A DNA stretch of 64,000 nucleotides from Acidobacteriota bacterium (GTDB lineage: Bacteria > Acidobacteriota > Vicinamibacteria > Vicinamibacterales > UBA2999). Of the stretch, positions 17,889 to 28,163 are shown one piece after another; within the stretch, counting starts at the first letter, position 1; every line of letters begins with the position of its first letter. The stretch is from positions 6,466 through 70,465 of the forward strand of contig JALDXQ010000003.1 of NCBI GenBank assembly GCA_032156805.1, given 5' to 3'. Made by a program: the position numbers and the translations under genes. Below the pieces are notes generated by a model. That model was not told where the DNA came from and did not search any database. It saw only the letters and a list, made by a program, of their open reading frames with translations.

Positions 17889-18463
17889 ACGGCGTGCTCC
17901 ATCTGTTGGCGCATGGCGATCATCCCCGCACGGATGCGCGTCTTCACCGTACCCAGTGGCAGTCCGAAGCGCTGCGCGAGTTCGCTGTGTGTATAGCCTT
18001 CGAAAAAGGCCGCTTCGATCAGCTGCCGCTGTTCCTCCGGAAGGCCGCCCAGGGCATCGGTCAGCGTCCGGTGCTTCTCCGCCTCCAATACAGCTGCCTC
18101 TGCGGTCTGGATGTCGGTGGAGGGCACTGCGGTCTCGACGGCGCCCCAGTTGATCGCGGCTGTGTCCACGCGGGCGCGGACCCGCCGGGCTCGCAGGCGA
18201 TCGATCGCGCAGTTGCGCGCCACACGCACGAGCCACGACAGTGGTCCGCCGAGCCGCGCGTCGTACTTCGCGGCCCGGCCCCACACTCGGACGAACGCCT
18301 CTTGCAGGATGTCCTCTGCCTCACCACGATCGCGGACGATGCGCAGGATAAGGCCAAAGAGCAGTCGGCTGTGGCGATCGTACAACTCCGCCACCGCGGC
18401 GGAATCGTGCGCGGCGATGCGGTGCAGAAGGCTGACGTCAGTGGGATCGCTGGTGTGCATCAC
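17885..18463 (-). CDS. ECF RNA polymerase sigma factor
   Basis: Region 2 AEDILQEAFVRVW and WLVRVARNCAIDRLR; region 4 HSELAQRFGLPLGTVKTRIR. Confidence 0.95.
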   Translation of the reverse strand: MMHTSDPTDVSLLHRIAAHDSAAVAELYDRHSRLLFGLILRIVRDRGEAEDILQEAFVRVWGRAAKYDARLGGPLSWLVRVARNCAIDRLRARRVRARVDTAAINWGAVETAVPSTDIQTAEAAVLEAEKHRTLTDALGGLPEEQRQLIEAAFFEGYTHSELAQRFGLPLGTVKTRIRAGMIAMRQQMEHAV

Positions 18464-18493
18464 AAGAGGGCCGCAACACGTGTTTCAGCACGG

Positions 18494-18583
18494 TCACCTG
18501 CGTGGCAGCTTCCGATCGAGGAAGTCGGGCATCAGCGTGGCGATCTCGTCGCCTATCACCAGGTAAAGAGTTCTGAGCGGCAT
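18494..18583 (-). pseudogene. 29-codon ORF, possible remnant of a deleted gene
   Basis: GGGAG RBS before ATG; MPLRTLYLVIGDEIATLMPDFLDRKLPRR; the tail resembles the last helix of alpha/beta hydrolases. Confidence 0.3.
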
Positions 18584-18851
18584 AGGTCTCCCGTGGCCAG
18601 GGTTGAAACCAGCCTGGTCATGTAACCGCCGCCCGAACCGGCGGCCGGCGCACTGGCGACTGATGGTATGACTCGTCGATCGCAAAAAAAATTCCACCAA
18701 CGCATGAGGTAAGCGCGACAACAGCTTGCTGCCTGGGCTTCACACCACCTGTCTCGAGGAAGCACGTGCGGAGCCGAATCCAAGACGGACTGGGCGACGT
18801 AGTTGAGGATTACGGACGGTCGAGCCGTCCCGCGCATTTTCAGGATGGCGA

Positions 18852-20603
18852 ATGGATTCGAATCTGTTCAAGACCAAGTCGATCGAACAGCTCGTCAGCG
18901 ACGTCGAGCACGGGGACCGCGCGCTCCGGCGTAGTCTGTCCGCGTGGGACCTGACACTGCTCGGCATCGGAGGGATCATCGGCACGGGAATCTTCGTGCT
19001 CACCGGCACCGCCGCCGCCAACCAGGCAGGCCCGGCGATCACGATGTCATACCTGGCGGCGGGTCTGGCGTGCGCGTTTGCCGCCCTCTGCTACGCCGAA
19101 TTCGCCTCGATGATCCCGATCGCGGGCAGCGCCTACACCTACGCGTACGCGACGCTCGGCGAGCTGGTCGCGTGGATGATCGGCTGGGACTTGATCCTCG
19201 AATACGCCGTGGGAGCGATGACAGTGGCGATCGGCTGGAGCGGCTACATGCAGCAGCTGCTGTCAGGCGTCGGCATCACGCTGCCAACGGCGCTGTCGGC
19301 GGCGCCGCCGGTCGGCGTGATCAATATCCTGGCGGTGCTCATCGTGCTCGTGATCATGGTGCTGCTGGTGATCGGCATTCGCGAATCGGCGCGCGCCAAC
19401 GCCGTGATGGTCGCGATCAAGCTCGCCGCCGTGCTGTTCTTCCTTGCCGCCGGCGCCACCTACGTCAAGCCGGAGAACTGGTCGCCGTTCGCGCCCTTCG
19501 GATGGTCCGGCATCATGGCGGCTGCCGCGGTGGTGTTCTTCGCCTACATCGGCTTCGATGCCGTGTCGACCACCGCGGAAGAGGCGCGGAACCCGAAGCG
19601 GGATCTTCCGATTGGCATCATCGCCTCACTGGTGGTGTGCACGGCGCTGTACCTGGCCGTGGCCGCCGTCCTGTCAGGCATCATCCCGGTCATCCAGTAC
19701 CGCTCGGCCGCAGACGCGCTTCCCGGCGCGGCGATGGTGGCACCGGAGGAATCGGTGCGGTTCCTCAACGCCCCGGTCGCCTACGCGCTGGCCGTGATCG
19801 GGCAGGACTGGGCGTCGTACCTCGTGTCGGCTGGCGCGGTCGCCGGCATCACGTCGGTGCTGCTGGTGATGCTCATGAGCCAGCCGCGCATCTTCTTTGC
19901 GATGAGCCGAGACGGCCTGCTGCCGACCGCCGTCAGCAAGGTGCATCGGCGGTTCGGCACGCCGTACATCACCACGATCATCACCTGCGTGACGGTCGCC
20001 CTCGTCGCCGGCGTGACGCAGATTCAGGTCGTCGGAGAAATGACCAGCATCGGGACGCTGTTCGCCTTCGTCGTCGTGTGCGCGGCCGTGCTCATGCTGC
20101 GCATCAAACGCCCTGACACACATCGGCCGTTCCGCGTACCGGGCGGCCCGATCCTCCCGATTCTGGGGATCGTGTCGTGCGCGTATCTGATGCTCAGCCT
20201 GCCGGTCATCACGTGGGTCCGCTTCCTGGTCTGGCTGAACATCGGGTTCGTGATCTACTGGTTCTATGGACGCACACACAGCCCGTTTGCGAGCGCCGAG
20301 GAGGCCAGGCGCCGCACACCGCTGCAGGCGGTCGCCAACTTCGTGCTGGTGTTCGGCGCGCTCGGCCTGTTCAACGGCGCCTGCATGTTCCTGCTGGGCC
20401 TGCTCACTGAGCTGGGCGTCACTACCGAGACGACGGCGAGATGGGCCGAGCTCGACGCGCTGACCACACGCATTCTCGGCATTGGCGTCACGGCGGGAAC
20501 TGCCGACACGTTCGGGCTGGGGGTCCTCGGCGTCGGCGTTGCGATTGTCGTCGTGGGTTGGGTGCTGGCAAAGGTATCAGGGGAGATGAGCCCCGAGCGA
20601 TGA
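18852..20603 (+). CDS. APC-family amino acid permease (cationic amino acid transporter-like)
   Basis: GIGGIIGTGIF, YAEFASMIPIAGSAY, FFAYIGFD, PRIFFAMSRDGLLP; extra C-terminal TM helices. Confidence 0.93.
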   Translation: MDSNLFKTKSIEQLVSDVEHGDRALRRSLSAWDLTLLGIGGIIGTGIFVLTGTAAANQAGPAITMSYLAAGLACAFAALCYAEFASMIPIAGSAYTYAYATLGELVAWMIGWDLILEYAVGAMTVAIGWSGYMQQLLSGVGITLPTALSAAPPVGVINILAVLIVLVIMVLLVIGIRESARANAVMVAIKLAAVLFFLAAGATYVKPENWSPFAPFGWSGIMAAAAVVFFAYIGFDAVSTTAEEARNPKRDLPIGIIASLVVCTALYLAVAAVLSGIIPVIQYRSAADALPGAAMVAPEESVRFLNAPVAYALAVIGQDWASYLVSAGAVAGITSVLLVMLMSQPRIFFAMSRDGLLPTAVSKVHRRFGTPYITTIITCVTVALVAGVTQIQVVGEMTSIGTLFAFVVVCAAVLMLRIKRPDTHRPFRVPGGPILPILGIVSCAYLMLSLPVITWVRFLVWLNIGFVIYWFYGRTHSPFASAEEARRRTPLQAVANFVLVFGALGLFNGACMFLLGLLTELGVTTETTARWAELDALTTRILGIGVTAGTADTFGLGVLGVGVAIVVVGWVLAKVSGEMSPER

Positions 20604-20682
20604 CACTCGGATCGCCTTCTTGCTACGCTACCTTTGGATGAATGCTCATTGGCAGACTCGAGGTGGACAACGTCGAAAGCGA

Positions 20683-23592
20683 ATGCCGTTCCTGGTGGCC
20701 GCCGTTGCCGTCTTCCTGGGTGCCGCGTCACCTGTCGTTGCTCAGACGCTCGATCGCGCCGAGATCGCCGGAACGATTCAGGACGAGACGGGGGCTGCGC
20801 TTGGCGGGGTCGCCGTGACGCTGCGCGAGACGAGGACCGGCTTCGAACGTCTCGTGGTGACCCGCGACGACGGCCGTTATTCGGCGCCGCTGCTGCCACT
20901 CGGCGTGTACGTCGTGCAGACGGAGCGTCCTGGCTTTTCAGCAGCTACGAGCGCCCCCGTGACGTTGAGCGTTGGGCAAGCGCTCATCGTGAACATCGTC
21001 ATGAAGATCGCTGGTGTGACGGAGACCGTGTCGATATCGGCCTCCGGCGATGCCGCACCGACGCTCGGCCTGGCGATCGACGGAGAGGCACTCTCGAGTT
21101 TGCCCTTGAATGGGCGCGACTATCGCGACGTCGCCCTTCTGTCGCCCACTGCGCGGTCCATAACGGGAACGCGCGGGACGTTCCGGGTGGCCGGTCAACC
21201 GGGTGACTACCTGGCGTTGAACGTGGACGGCGCCGATTTCACGAACAATTTCTTCGGCGAGTTCTTTGGGTCGCTCGAACGTCAGAACTTCACCATCCCG
21301 CTCGAAGGCGTCCAGGAGTTCGAGGTCACGGCCGGTGGCATGGGTGTTCAGTCCGGCCGGTCCAACGGCGGTCTCGTCAACGTGGTGACGAAATCCGGAG
21401 GCAACCAGCGACAGGGTTCGCTCTCGTATTCCTTGCGGCATCACGCGCTGACGGCGGACGACGCCTTCGGCAACCCGCCCGTAGGTCTGGTTCGGCACCT
21501 CGTGGGCGGGAGCGCCGGCGGGCCGCTCGTTGCAGATCGGACGTTCTACTTCGTCGCGGCAGACGTCCAGCGTCAGACCACGCCGATTACGGTGAAGTTC
21601 GCCAGACCCGTCACGGGAGTTCCCGTTCCCGAGTTCGGTATTGCAGACCTCGGCGCACTCGAAGGCCAATACCCGCGGCACGAGAACGTCACCGCCGTCC
21701 TCGCGAAGATCGACCACGCGATCACGAGCAACCAGCGTCTCAGCATCCGGGGGAACTTCTCGCGCAGTTACGGCGACAACATCGCCGGCGGAGGCGCGCT
21801 TCTGAGCCAGGCGCCCTCGAACCTCGAGACGTTCCGCAACCAGGGAATCTCGATCGTGACGAGCCTGAGCAGCGCGGTCGGTACGAACCTGCTCCTGGAA
21901 ACCAAAGTTCAAACCTCGCGCGAGACGCGCCCGCGTGATCCACAGTCCGATATTCCACAGGTGCAGATTTCCGACACGGGTACGTTCGGCAGTGCCCTGT
22001 TTCTGCCAGGCACGCAGGACATGTACCGCTATCAGGTGTCGGAGAGTGCGGTGTACGTGCGTGGGGACCACGATGTCAGGTTCGGCCTGGACTACAACGC
22101 GTTCAACATGCGCAACAATGCCTTCGCCCTGGGGCTGAACGGCAGCTATGTGTTCCCGACTGTCGAGTCGTTCATCGCGCGTCGTCCGCTGCTCTACGCG
22201 CAGAACTTCGGTCTCAACGGTTACACCGCGAAAGAGGCAGCGCTTCTGAAAAGCTTCTGGCAGCACGAAGGTGCCGCGTACGTTCAAGGTCGAATCAAAC
22301 CGACGTCACGCCTCACGATTGGCCTGGGCCTTCGCTACGACATGCAGATCAATCCCCAGCCGCAGTCGGGCATTGCTGGTGTGCAGGTGCCGGTGGGCGA
22401 GCCCGTGATCGATCGAAACCAGATCCAGCTCACCTACGCGCCGGTTCCCCAGGGCATTCCTGACGACCGCAACAACTGGGGACCGCGAACCGAAGTGGCG
22501 TACGAGTTTCGCGACGGACTGACGCTCGTGAAAGGCTCGGCCGGGCTGTATTACGGGCGGACGCCGATGATCTACTTTCCGCTGCGAGGTGCTGGCGTTA
22601 CCAACACCACGCTCTTTGCTCTCGCATCGCGCGTCGGCGTCACCTTCCCCGAGGTCCTCCCGTCGGCGATCGCACCCGGCTCAGCCCTCGCCGCGCTCGT
22701 GGGGCCTCCCGCGATTTCGTATGTCGATCCCGAGTTCGAGAATCCGCGTGTGCTTCAGCTCACCGCATCTCTGACAAGACGCGTGGCCAGCATGTCGCTC
22801 GAGGCCGGCTATTTGCGTAGCGAGTCCAGGCACCTGCGCGTCGGCGGATTCCGCTCCACGTTGTGGGACCGCAACCTGGCGGTGCCCACGCGCTTCGATC
22901 AGTTCGGGCGTGGCCTCGACATCCTCGCGGCTGGACGTCCGGACCCGACCATCGCTCAGGCGAACGCGCTCGCGAGTTTCGGAAGGGGCCGCTATCAGGC
23001 GCTCACGGTCTCACTCAGCAAGCCCATGACAAACCGGTGGCAGTTCTACGGGAACTACACGCTCGCCAAGAGCATGGGCAACGGTTCGACCGAGCGCGAT
23101 ACGGAAGCACTGCTCGGACCTTCCGATCCCTTCAATCTCGACGCGGACTACGGCATCAACGAGCTGGACGAGCGGCACCAGATCAAGTCGTACCTCGTGC
23201 TCGCCTTGCCACGCGACATCACGCTGGCCGCGAGCTGGTCGGCGGGTTCAGGCCTGGCGTTTCCCGTGTACAGTTCCACCGATTCCAACGGCGACGGGGT
23301 CACCAACGACGGCCTGCATCCGGATAGGCCGGTCGCCGATGGACAGTTGCTGCCGCGGTTCCCGTATCATCAGCCAGCCTGGGTCACCTGGGACCTCCGT
23401 GCCGCGAAGGGAGTGAGGCTGTCAACGCGAACGCGCCTGCAGTTCATCCTCGATGTCTTCAATCTGCTGAACACCGACAACACGTACCCCGATCCGCGGA
23501 CTCAGGCGATCCTCGGCAGTCCGAACTTCCGCGTGCCCAATCGCACACTGGGTCCGCGCCTTGCGCAGCTCGGCATTCGACTCGATTTCTGA
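20683..23592 (+). CDS. TonB-dependent receptor (Oar-like), distinct from the four Cys-containing paralogues
   Basis: IAGTIQDETGAAL N-domain, LPLNGRDY, VQEFEV, NVVTKSGGN, C-terminal RLDF. Confidence 0.9.
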   Translation: MPFLVAAVAVFLGAASPVVAQTLDRAEIAGTIQDETGAALGGVAVTLRETRTGFERLVVTRDDGRYSAPLLPLGVYVVQTERPGFSAATSAPVTLSVGQALIVNIVMKIAGVTETVSISASGDAAPTLGLAIDGEALSSLPLNGRDYRDVALLSPTARSITGTRGTFRVAGQPGDYLALNVDGADFTNNFFGEFFGSLERQNFTIPLEGVQEFEVTAGGMGVQSGRSNGGLVNVVTKSGGNQRQGSLSYSLRHHALTADDAFGNPPVGLVRHLVGGSAGGPLVADRTFYFVAADVQRQTTPITVKFARPVTGVPVPEFGIADLGALEGQYPRHENVTAVLAKIDHAITSNQRLSIRGNFSRSYGDNIAGGGALLSQAPSNLETFRNQGISIVTSLSSAVGTNLLLETKVQTSRETRPRDPQSDIPQVQISDTGTFGSALFLPGTQDMYRYQVSESAVYVRGDHDVRFGLDYNAFNMRNNAFALGLNGSYVFPTVESFIARRPLLYAQNFGLNGYTAKEAALLKSFWQHEGAAYVQGRIKPTSRLTIGLGLRYDMQINPQPQSGIAGVQVPVGEPVIDRNQIQLTYAPVPQGIPDDRNNWGPRTEVAYEFRDGLTLVKGSAGLYYGRTPMIYFPLRGAGVTNTTLFALASRVGVTFPEVLPSAIAPGSALAALVGPPAISYVDPEFENPRVLQLTASLTRRVASMSLEAGYLRSESRHLRVGGFRSTLWDRNLAVPTRFDQFGRGLDILAAGRPDPTIAQANALASFGRGRYQALTVSLSKPMTNRWQFYGNYTLAKSMGNGSTERDTEALLGPSDPFNLDADYGINELDERHQIKSYLVLALPRDITLAASWSAGSGLAFPVYSSTDSNGDGVTNDGLHPDRPVADGQLLPRFPYHQPAWVTWDLRAAKGVRLSTRTRLQFILDVFNLLNTDNTYPDPRTQAILGSPNFRVPNRTLGPRLAQLGIRLDF

Positions 23593-23678
23593 CGGGCACC
23601 TGCCGTCCGAGACTTTACTTCGATGGGGATGCGGACTACGCTGCGAGAAATTCTGCGTGCTCAGGAGACCCAACACTT

Positions 23679-24194
23679 ATGAGCGGACCACATACCCCTT
23701 CGCCTGCGATTCGGCGTCGCCGGTTCATCATGATGACTGCAGTCGCTGCCCTTATTGCTATACCTGCTGTCGGTACTTCTTATTGGGCGCTCGCGTGCCC
23801 CTGCGATCGAATGCCCGGGCTCTACTTGCGCGGCGTTGAGGCCAGTGAACCCGTCACCGACTGGTCCTTTGCCAACAAGATCCCACTGTGCCAGGTTCAA
23901 GTGGACGCGGGGCTCCTGACACACGCCCTCAATCTCAATTGCATGGCGACCAGCGCCGGAGAGCTGTATCTGAGTTGTGCAGACTGCGCCGACAAGCGCT
24001 GGTCGAACGCGGCGCTCGAGAACAACGAGGCACGACTCCGACTCGATGACACTGTGTATCCAGTGACGCTGACGCGCGTGCAGGATCCGGCAGAACTCGA
24101 CCGGGCCTGGAACGCACGAGCCGCGAAGACCGGAATCGGAAACGACGCCTCCCGTCCGGACAGTTGGTGGTCGTTCCGAGTCGTCTCCCGCTAA
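23679..24194 (+). CDS. Membrane-anchored Cys-rich hypothetical protein (paralogue of 26723-27271)
   Basis: N-terminal TM; CPCDRMPG, DWSF, LCQVQ, NLNC, LSCADC. Confidence 0.75.
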   Translation: MSGPHTPSPAIRRRRFIMMTAVAALIAIPAVGTSYWALACPCDRMPGLYLRGVEASEPVTDWSFANKIPLCQVQVDAGLLTHALNLNCMATSAGELYLSCADCADKRWSNAALENNEARLRLDDTVYPVTLTRVQDPAELDRAWNARAAKTGIGNDASRPDSWWSFRVVSR

Positions 24195-24210
24195 CGCAGT
24201 TGGCATTCGA

Positions 24211-24237
24211 GTCCTTGGTGCGCAACGCACCAGGGAC
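24211..24237. terminator. Hairpin between convergent genes
   Basis: GTCCTTGGTGCG-CAA-CGCACCAGGGAC. Confidence 0.6.
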
Positions 24238-24262
24238 TAACGGACCGAGGACGGCACGATCG

Positions 24263-24808
24263 CTATGAGCTCTGGCTTCGTGACCTGAACGGCGTAGTCG
24301 CGCGATCGATCATCGACGCGACGGTCGACGCCACCAGCAGGTACGCGAGCACTCCGGCCACGAGCCGCAGGAACGACGCGAAGCCCGCGGGAACGGGAAG
24401 TCTCGCGGCGGCGATGAGCACAATGGGCACGAAATAGAGAATGCCGTTCCAGCGGCCGAGAAAGCTGGCACGCAGCTGCCGTTGGCGCTGCCACACGTAG
24501 GAATCGACGACGTACTGTCCAAAGGCGATCGGGATCACGGCCGGCAGGATCGCTGTAACGTCTCCGGCGATCGCGGCGCCCGTCAACCCGCCGGTGACGA
24601 AGAGGCAGTCGGTGCTGTGGTCGAACAATTGACCCTTCGCCGAGGCGGTTCCGGTTCGCCGCGCGATCGGACCATCAAGGAAGTCGGTTGCGATTGCTAC
24701 GCAGAGCACGAGCACTACGACACCTGGTGCCAGCAGGTCGGGACGAGCCAGGGCGGCGGCCATTGGCAGCACCAGCGCCAGCCGGACGGCCGTGAGCACG
24801 TTGGCCAT
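24263..24808 (-). CDS. CDP-alcohol phosphatidyltransferase family protein
   Basis: Signature DFLDGPIARRTGTASAKGQLFDHSTD. Confidence 0.9.
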   Translation of the reverse strand: MANVLTAVRLALVLPMAAALARPDLLAPGVVVLVLCVAIATDFLDGPIARRTGTASAKGQLFDHSTDCLFVTGGLTGAAIAGDVTAILPAVIPIAFGQYVVDSYVWQRQRQLRASFLGRWNGILYFVPIVLIAAARLPVPAGFASFLRLVAGVLAYLLVASTVASMIDRATTPFRSRSQSS

Positions 24809-25770
24809 TACTGATCGAACAACTCACGTTGGGCCCGGCGCAGGAAGACGACGCCAATCAGCGCATTGAACAGGATGAAGAAGTTGTGCTGCACGAAACC
24901 GAAGGCGGCCATCTGCCCCTCGTTCCGCGGAAACAGCACGACCCAGAGCGCAATGGCGGCTGCGCGCATCGGCGTAGGTACTGTCGCAGCGAAAAAAATG
25001 ATCGGCAGATAGCCCATCAGCGGCAGTAGAGAAGCCTCGACCCCGAACAGATTCAGCGCGATGGTATACACGAGCACTGCCGCCAGCAGGGCGGGCGAGC
25101 GCAGCAGGAAGAACAGCGCGTAGTGCTTGAGCCTGGCCATCTTGAACGCGTGGAAAATCTTCTTGTCGCGAAGCTGGTTGCCGGGAAGGATCGTCCCGCG
25201 AAAATACAGGACCCACAGGGTAAACACCACCGCGGCGCCAAGAGTGATGAAAGGCATGAGACCGAACACCGGGGGCAGCGAGCTCCGGCTGACGATGAAT
25301 CCCACGGATGCCCACACCAGCAGATAGAAGATCTCGCAGAACATGATGAACAGCATCACGGACCCGACTTCCCACCCAGGCACGTTGTCCCGCCGATTGA
25401 GGTACAGGGCCATCGCCCCCTTGCCGACTTGTTCGCTGAAGAGCGAGATGATGTACGCGCTGGCGCGAATCGGCAGGATGTCCTGGTACCGGATCGGCTT
25501 GACAAACCAACTGAGCGCTCTGGTGATGACGAGCGTGTCGATCGTGAAATAGAAACACGAGTACACGACCATCAGGAGCAGCCAGGGGAGCCATCGAACG
25601 TTGGCAAACACCTGTGTCATGTAGGCGACGAGCGTGAGTCCCTCCCGCGCCGCCGCGCCGTTCAGGCGGTAATACAGAAACGTGAAGCACGCGACCGTGA
25701 TCGCGAGAAAGACCAGTCGGCCCAGCATCTTCGAGGTGCGGTTCGGCGTCGGCGCGTCGGGTTCGGTCAC
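24808..25770 (-). CDS. Lysylphosphatidylglycerol-synthase TM / UPF0104 flippase-like membrane protein
   Basis: About eight TM helices; QVGKGAMALYL and PIIFFAATVP in positions typical of the family; overlaps both neighbours. Confidence 0.6.
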   Translation of the reverse strand: MTEPDAPTPNRTSKMLGRLVFLAITVACFTFLYYRLNGAAAREGLTLVAYMTQVFANVRWLPWLLLMVVYSCFYFTIDTLVITRALSWFVKPIRYQDILPIRASAYIISLFSEQVGKGAMALYLNRRDNVPGWEVGSVMLFIMFCEIFYLLVWASVGFIVSRSSLPPVFGLMPFITLGAAVVFTLWVLYFRGTILPGNQLRDKKIFHAFKMARLKHYALFFLLRSPALLAAVLVYTIALNLFGVEASLLPLMGYLPIIFFAATVPTPMRAAAIALWVVLFPRNEGQMAAFGFVQHNFFILFNALIGVVFLRRAQRELFDQ

Positions 25771-26675
25771 GTGTGGGCCACCTTGGTCTCTGAGGGCAGG
25801 AGCTTCTCGATCGTCGTCGACAGCGGCGTGAGGGTCACGCCGAGCGCGACATCCGCATTCTCGTGGACGACTTCATTCGACGTGATGACGTCGATCACAG
25901 TGGGTGTCATGCCACCCTGACGAGTCCATCCGGCGACCGCAGCTCCCAGTTTGGCCAGCCATACCGGCATGGAGCGGATCGACACCTCGTGGCCCATCAG
26001 CACCGCGGCCCTGGCAATCACATCGCGATAGGCCGTGGGTTCTGGTCCGACTAGCTCGTAAACCGCCACGCCCGCGTCCGAGCTCTCACAGCAGCGGAGG
26101 ATGGCCCGGCTCAGGTCGTCCACATCGAGGGGGCGGATTGAATGACGGCCACCGCCAAGCAGGGTGATTTTCTGCTTCGACGCTGCGTCGACCACCGCGC
26201 GCGCCCCCGCCATGCCGGGGCCCAACAGGATCGGTGTACGGATGATCGCGGCCGAGACGCCCGATTCAGCGACGATGCGCTCCGCGCGCCCTTTGGAGCT
26301 CAAGTATCGATTAGTCGATGCCGGGTCCGCGCCAAGAACGCTGACCAGCACGACGCGAGAGACGCCAGCCTTCCTGCAGGCGTCGACGACGGCCTGCGTG
26401 GCGACGACGTTGGCCGTGTGGTAGGTGGATGATGGGCTCTCGAACAGAATACCCGCGAGGTGTACGACACAACGAATATCTGTGAGCGCGGATGCCAGTC
26501 CCTCACCATCGTCGTAGTCGATGGCGCTGGCTGAGATCCGGGGGGACGCGGGCAGGGCGGCCGCGGCCCGCAACGATCGAACGCAAGCGACAGCCTGGAT
26601 GTCGGCGCACGAGGCCAGGTGGCGCAACAGGATCTTGCCGACACCGCTGTTGGCGCCAGTGATCGCAATCTTCAC
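25767..26675 (-). CDS. Atypical SDR / NAD-dependent epimerase-like oxidoreductase
   Basis: ITGANSGVG Rossmann motif, VVHLAG, YLSSK; GTG start near 26675. Confidence 0.85.
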   Translation of the reverse strand: MKIAITGANSGVGKILLRHLASCADIQAVACVRSLRAAAALPASPRISASAIDYDDGEGLASALTDIRCVVHLAGILFESPSSTYHTANVVATQAVVDACRKAGVSRVVLVSVLGADPASTNRYLSSKGRAERIVAESGVSAAIIRTPILLGPGMAGARAVVDAASKQKITLLGGGRHSIRPLDVDDLSRAILRCCESSDAGVAVYELVGPEPTAYRDVIARAAVLMGHEVSIRSMPVWLAKLGAAVAGWTRQGGMTPTVIDVITSNEVVHENADVALGVTLTPLSTTIEKLLPSETKVAHT

Positions 26676-26722
26676 GTGGCTCCCGATTCCGTTCTCCGTG
26701 ATGGCGTTCGAGGCGATGAGCG

Positions 26723-27271
26723 TCAGCCGACGGCCGAGCGCAGCTGAAAGCTCCACCAATCCTCAGGCCGTTTCGCGTCGGGAGCGGGAGTGGGATTGTA
26801 GGTTTCTTCGCCGTGCACCTGCAGCTTCTTCACCCTGGCGGCCCAGGCCCGATCCAGAACAGCAGCGTCCTGCACCCTGTTCAGGACCACCGGGTATACA
26901 CGGTCGTTGAGGCGCAAGCGCCCTGGCTCCTCCGGTCCCACGTGGCTCGACCAGTACTTTGACGGACACGCAGAACAACTGAGGAAGAGCTCTCCTTCGG
27001 GTGTCGCCATGCAGTTGAGATTGATGGCGTGGGGGATGAAGCCGGCATGGATCTGAATCTGGCAGAGCGGGACGTCGTTGACGAAACTCCAGTCCGTCAC
27101 GGGCTCTTCCTGGACGTCACCCAGCAGCACGAACCCCGGCATTCGATTGCAGGGGCAGGTGGTGGTCCAGACTGCGATGCCTCCTGCCGTCACGATGAGG
27201 AATGCGGTAACCGCGAGAAAAATGACCCTGGTAGGAATGGTTCTTCGAGTGGCTACCCGTTTCTCGGTCAT
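26723..27271 (-). CDS. Membrane-anchored Cys-rich hypothetical protein (paralogue of 23679-24194)
   Basis: CPCNRMPG, DWSF, LCQIQ, NLNC, LSCSAC, WWSF. Confidence 0.75.
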   Translation of the reverse strand: MTEKRVATRRTIPTRVIFLAVTAFLIVTAGGIAVWTTTCPCNRMPGFVLLGDVQEEPVTDWSFVNDVPLCQIQIHAGFIPHAINLNCMATPEGELFLSCSACPSKYWSSHVGPEEPGRLRLNDRVYPVVLNRVQDAAVLDRAWAARVKKLQVHGEETYNPTPAPDAKRPEDWWSFQLRSAVG

Positions 27272-27460
27272 TGATTGAACTCCACTTGGGCTTTGTGAAG
27301 CGCCCTCGATGGCCCGAGTATCTTACGCCAGGCGAACGAGGGTCGACACGCTGCTCATGGACCCCATACCATCGTGCAGTAGACCCCACTCGCCGCTTCC
27401 GGTGTAATCGACTCTTGCCGTCCTCGACATCGTCAGCGGCAGGTGGGGGAGAGAGGACTT

Positions 27461-27997
27461 ATGACAACGAGCAAACTTGAACGTGCCGTGCTTGCCGGCG
27501 GTTGCTTCTGGGGCATGCAGGACCTGATCCGCAAGCTGCCCGGCGTCGTCAACACACGCGTCGGCTACACGGGTGGCGATGTGCGAAACGCGACCTATCG
27601 CAACCATGGATCTCACGCCGAGGCCATCGAGATCGAGTTCGACCCGGCACGTATCGGCTATCGCGACCTCCTGGAGTTCTTCTTTCAGATTCACGATCCA
27701 ACCACGTTGGATCGCCAGGGCAACGATCGCGGAACCTCCTATCGCTCGGAGATCTTCTACGTCTCCGACGCGCAGCGTGACGAGGCCATCCGGACAATCG
27801 ACGATGTCAACGCCTCCGGCCTGTGGCCAGGCCGCGTTGTGACGAAGGTTTCGCCTGCCGGCGACTTCTGGGAAGCGGAGCCTGAGCACCAGGACTATCT
27901 CGAGCGCTACCCGCACGGCTACACCTGCCACTTCCCGCGGCCTGGCTGGAAACTGCCTCGACGCACAGGGGTGACCACCGGTGCTGCCACAACGTGA
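27461..27997 (+). CDS. msrA: Peptide-methionine (S)-S-oxide reductase
   Basis: GGCFWG active site, [16 protein letters not shown]. Confidence 0.97.
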   Translation: MTTSKLERAVLAGGCFWGMQDLIRKLPGVVNTRVGYTGGDVRNATYRNHGSHAEAIEIEFDPARIGYRDLLEFFFQIHDPTTLDRQGNDRGTSYRSEIFYVSDAQRDEAIRTIDDVNASGLWPGRVVTKVSPAGDFWEAEPEHQDYLERYPHGYTCHFPRPGWKLPRRTGVTTGAATT

Positions 27998-28163
27998 TCT
28001 CGGCAGGGCAGACTGAGGGCAGTTCGTAACCTCGGGATGTGGCGAGGCAAGAACATTCACAAGGGAGCCTCGTCTGCAGATTCGAGGACACGACATGCCA
28101 TCGTGCGCAGCGATGTTGCCTTTGCACGGTGACTCGGGTCGCCTCGGAGTGTAACGTGGCTTC

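Noticed and set aside
27395-27440. ECF promoter in front of msrA
   Set aside because: A GTAATC element is present but there is no CGTA-like -10 at the spacing seen at 58331-58359.
27998-28163. Possible riboswitch (GTTCGTAACC resembles a preQ1-I loop)
   Set aside because: No closing stem or A-rich tail, and the downstream gene is unrelated to queuosine.
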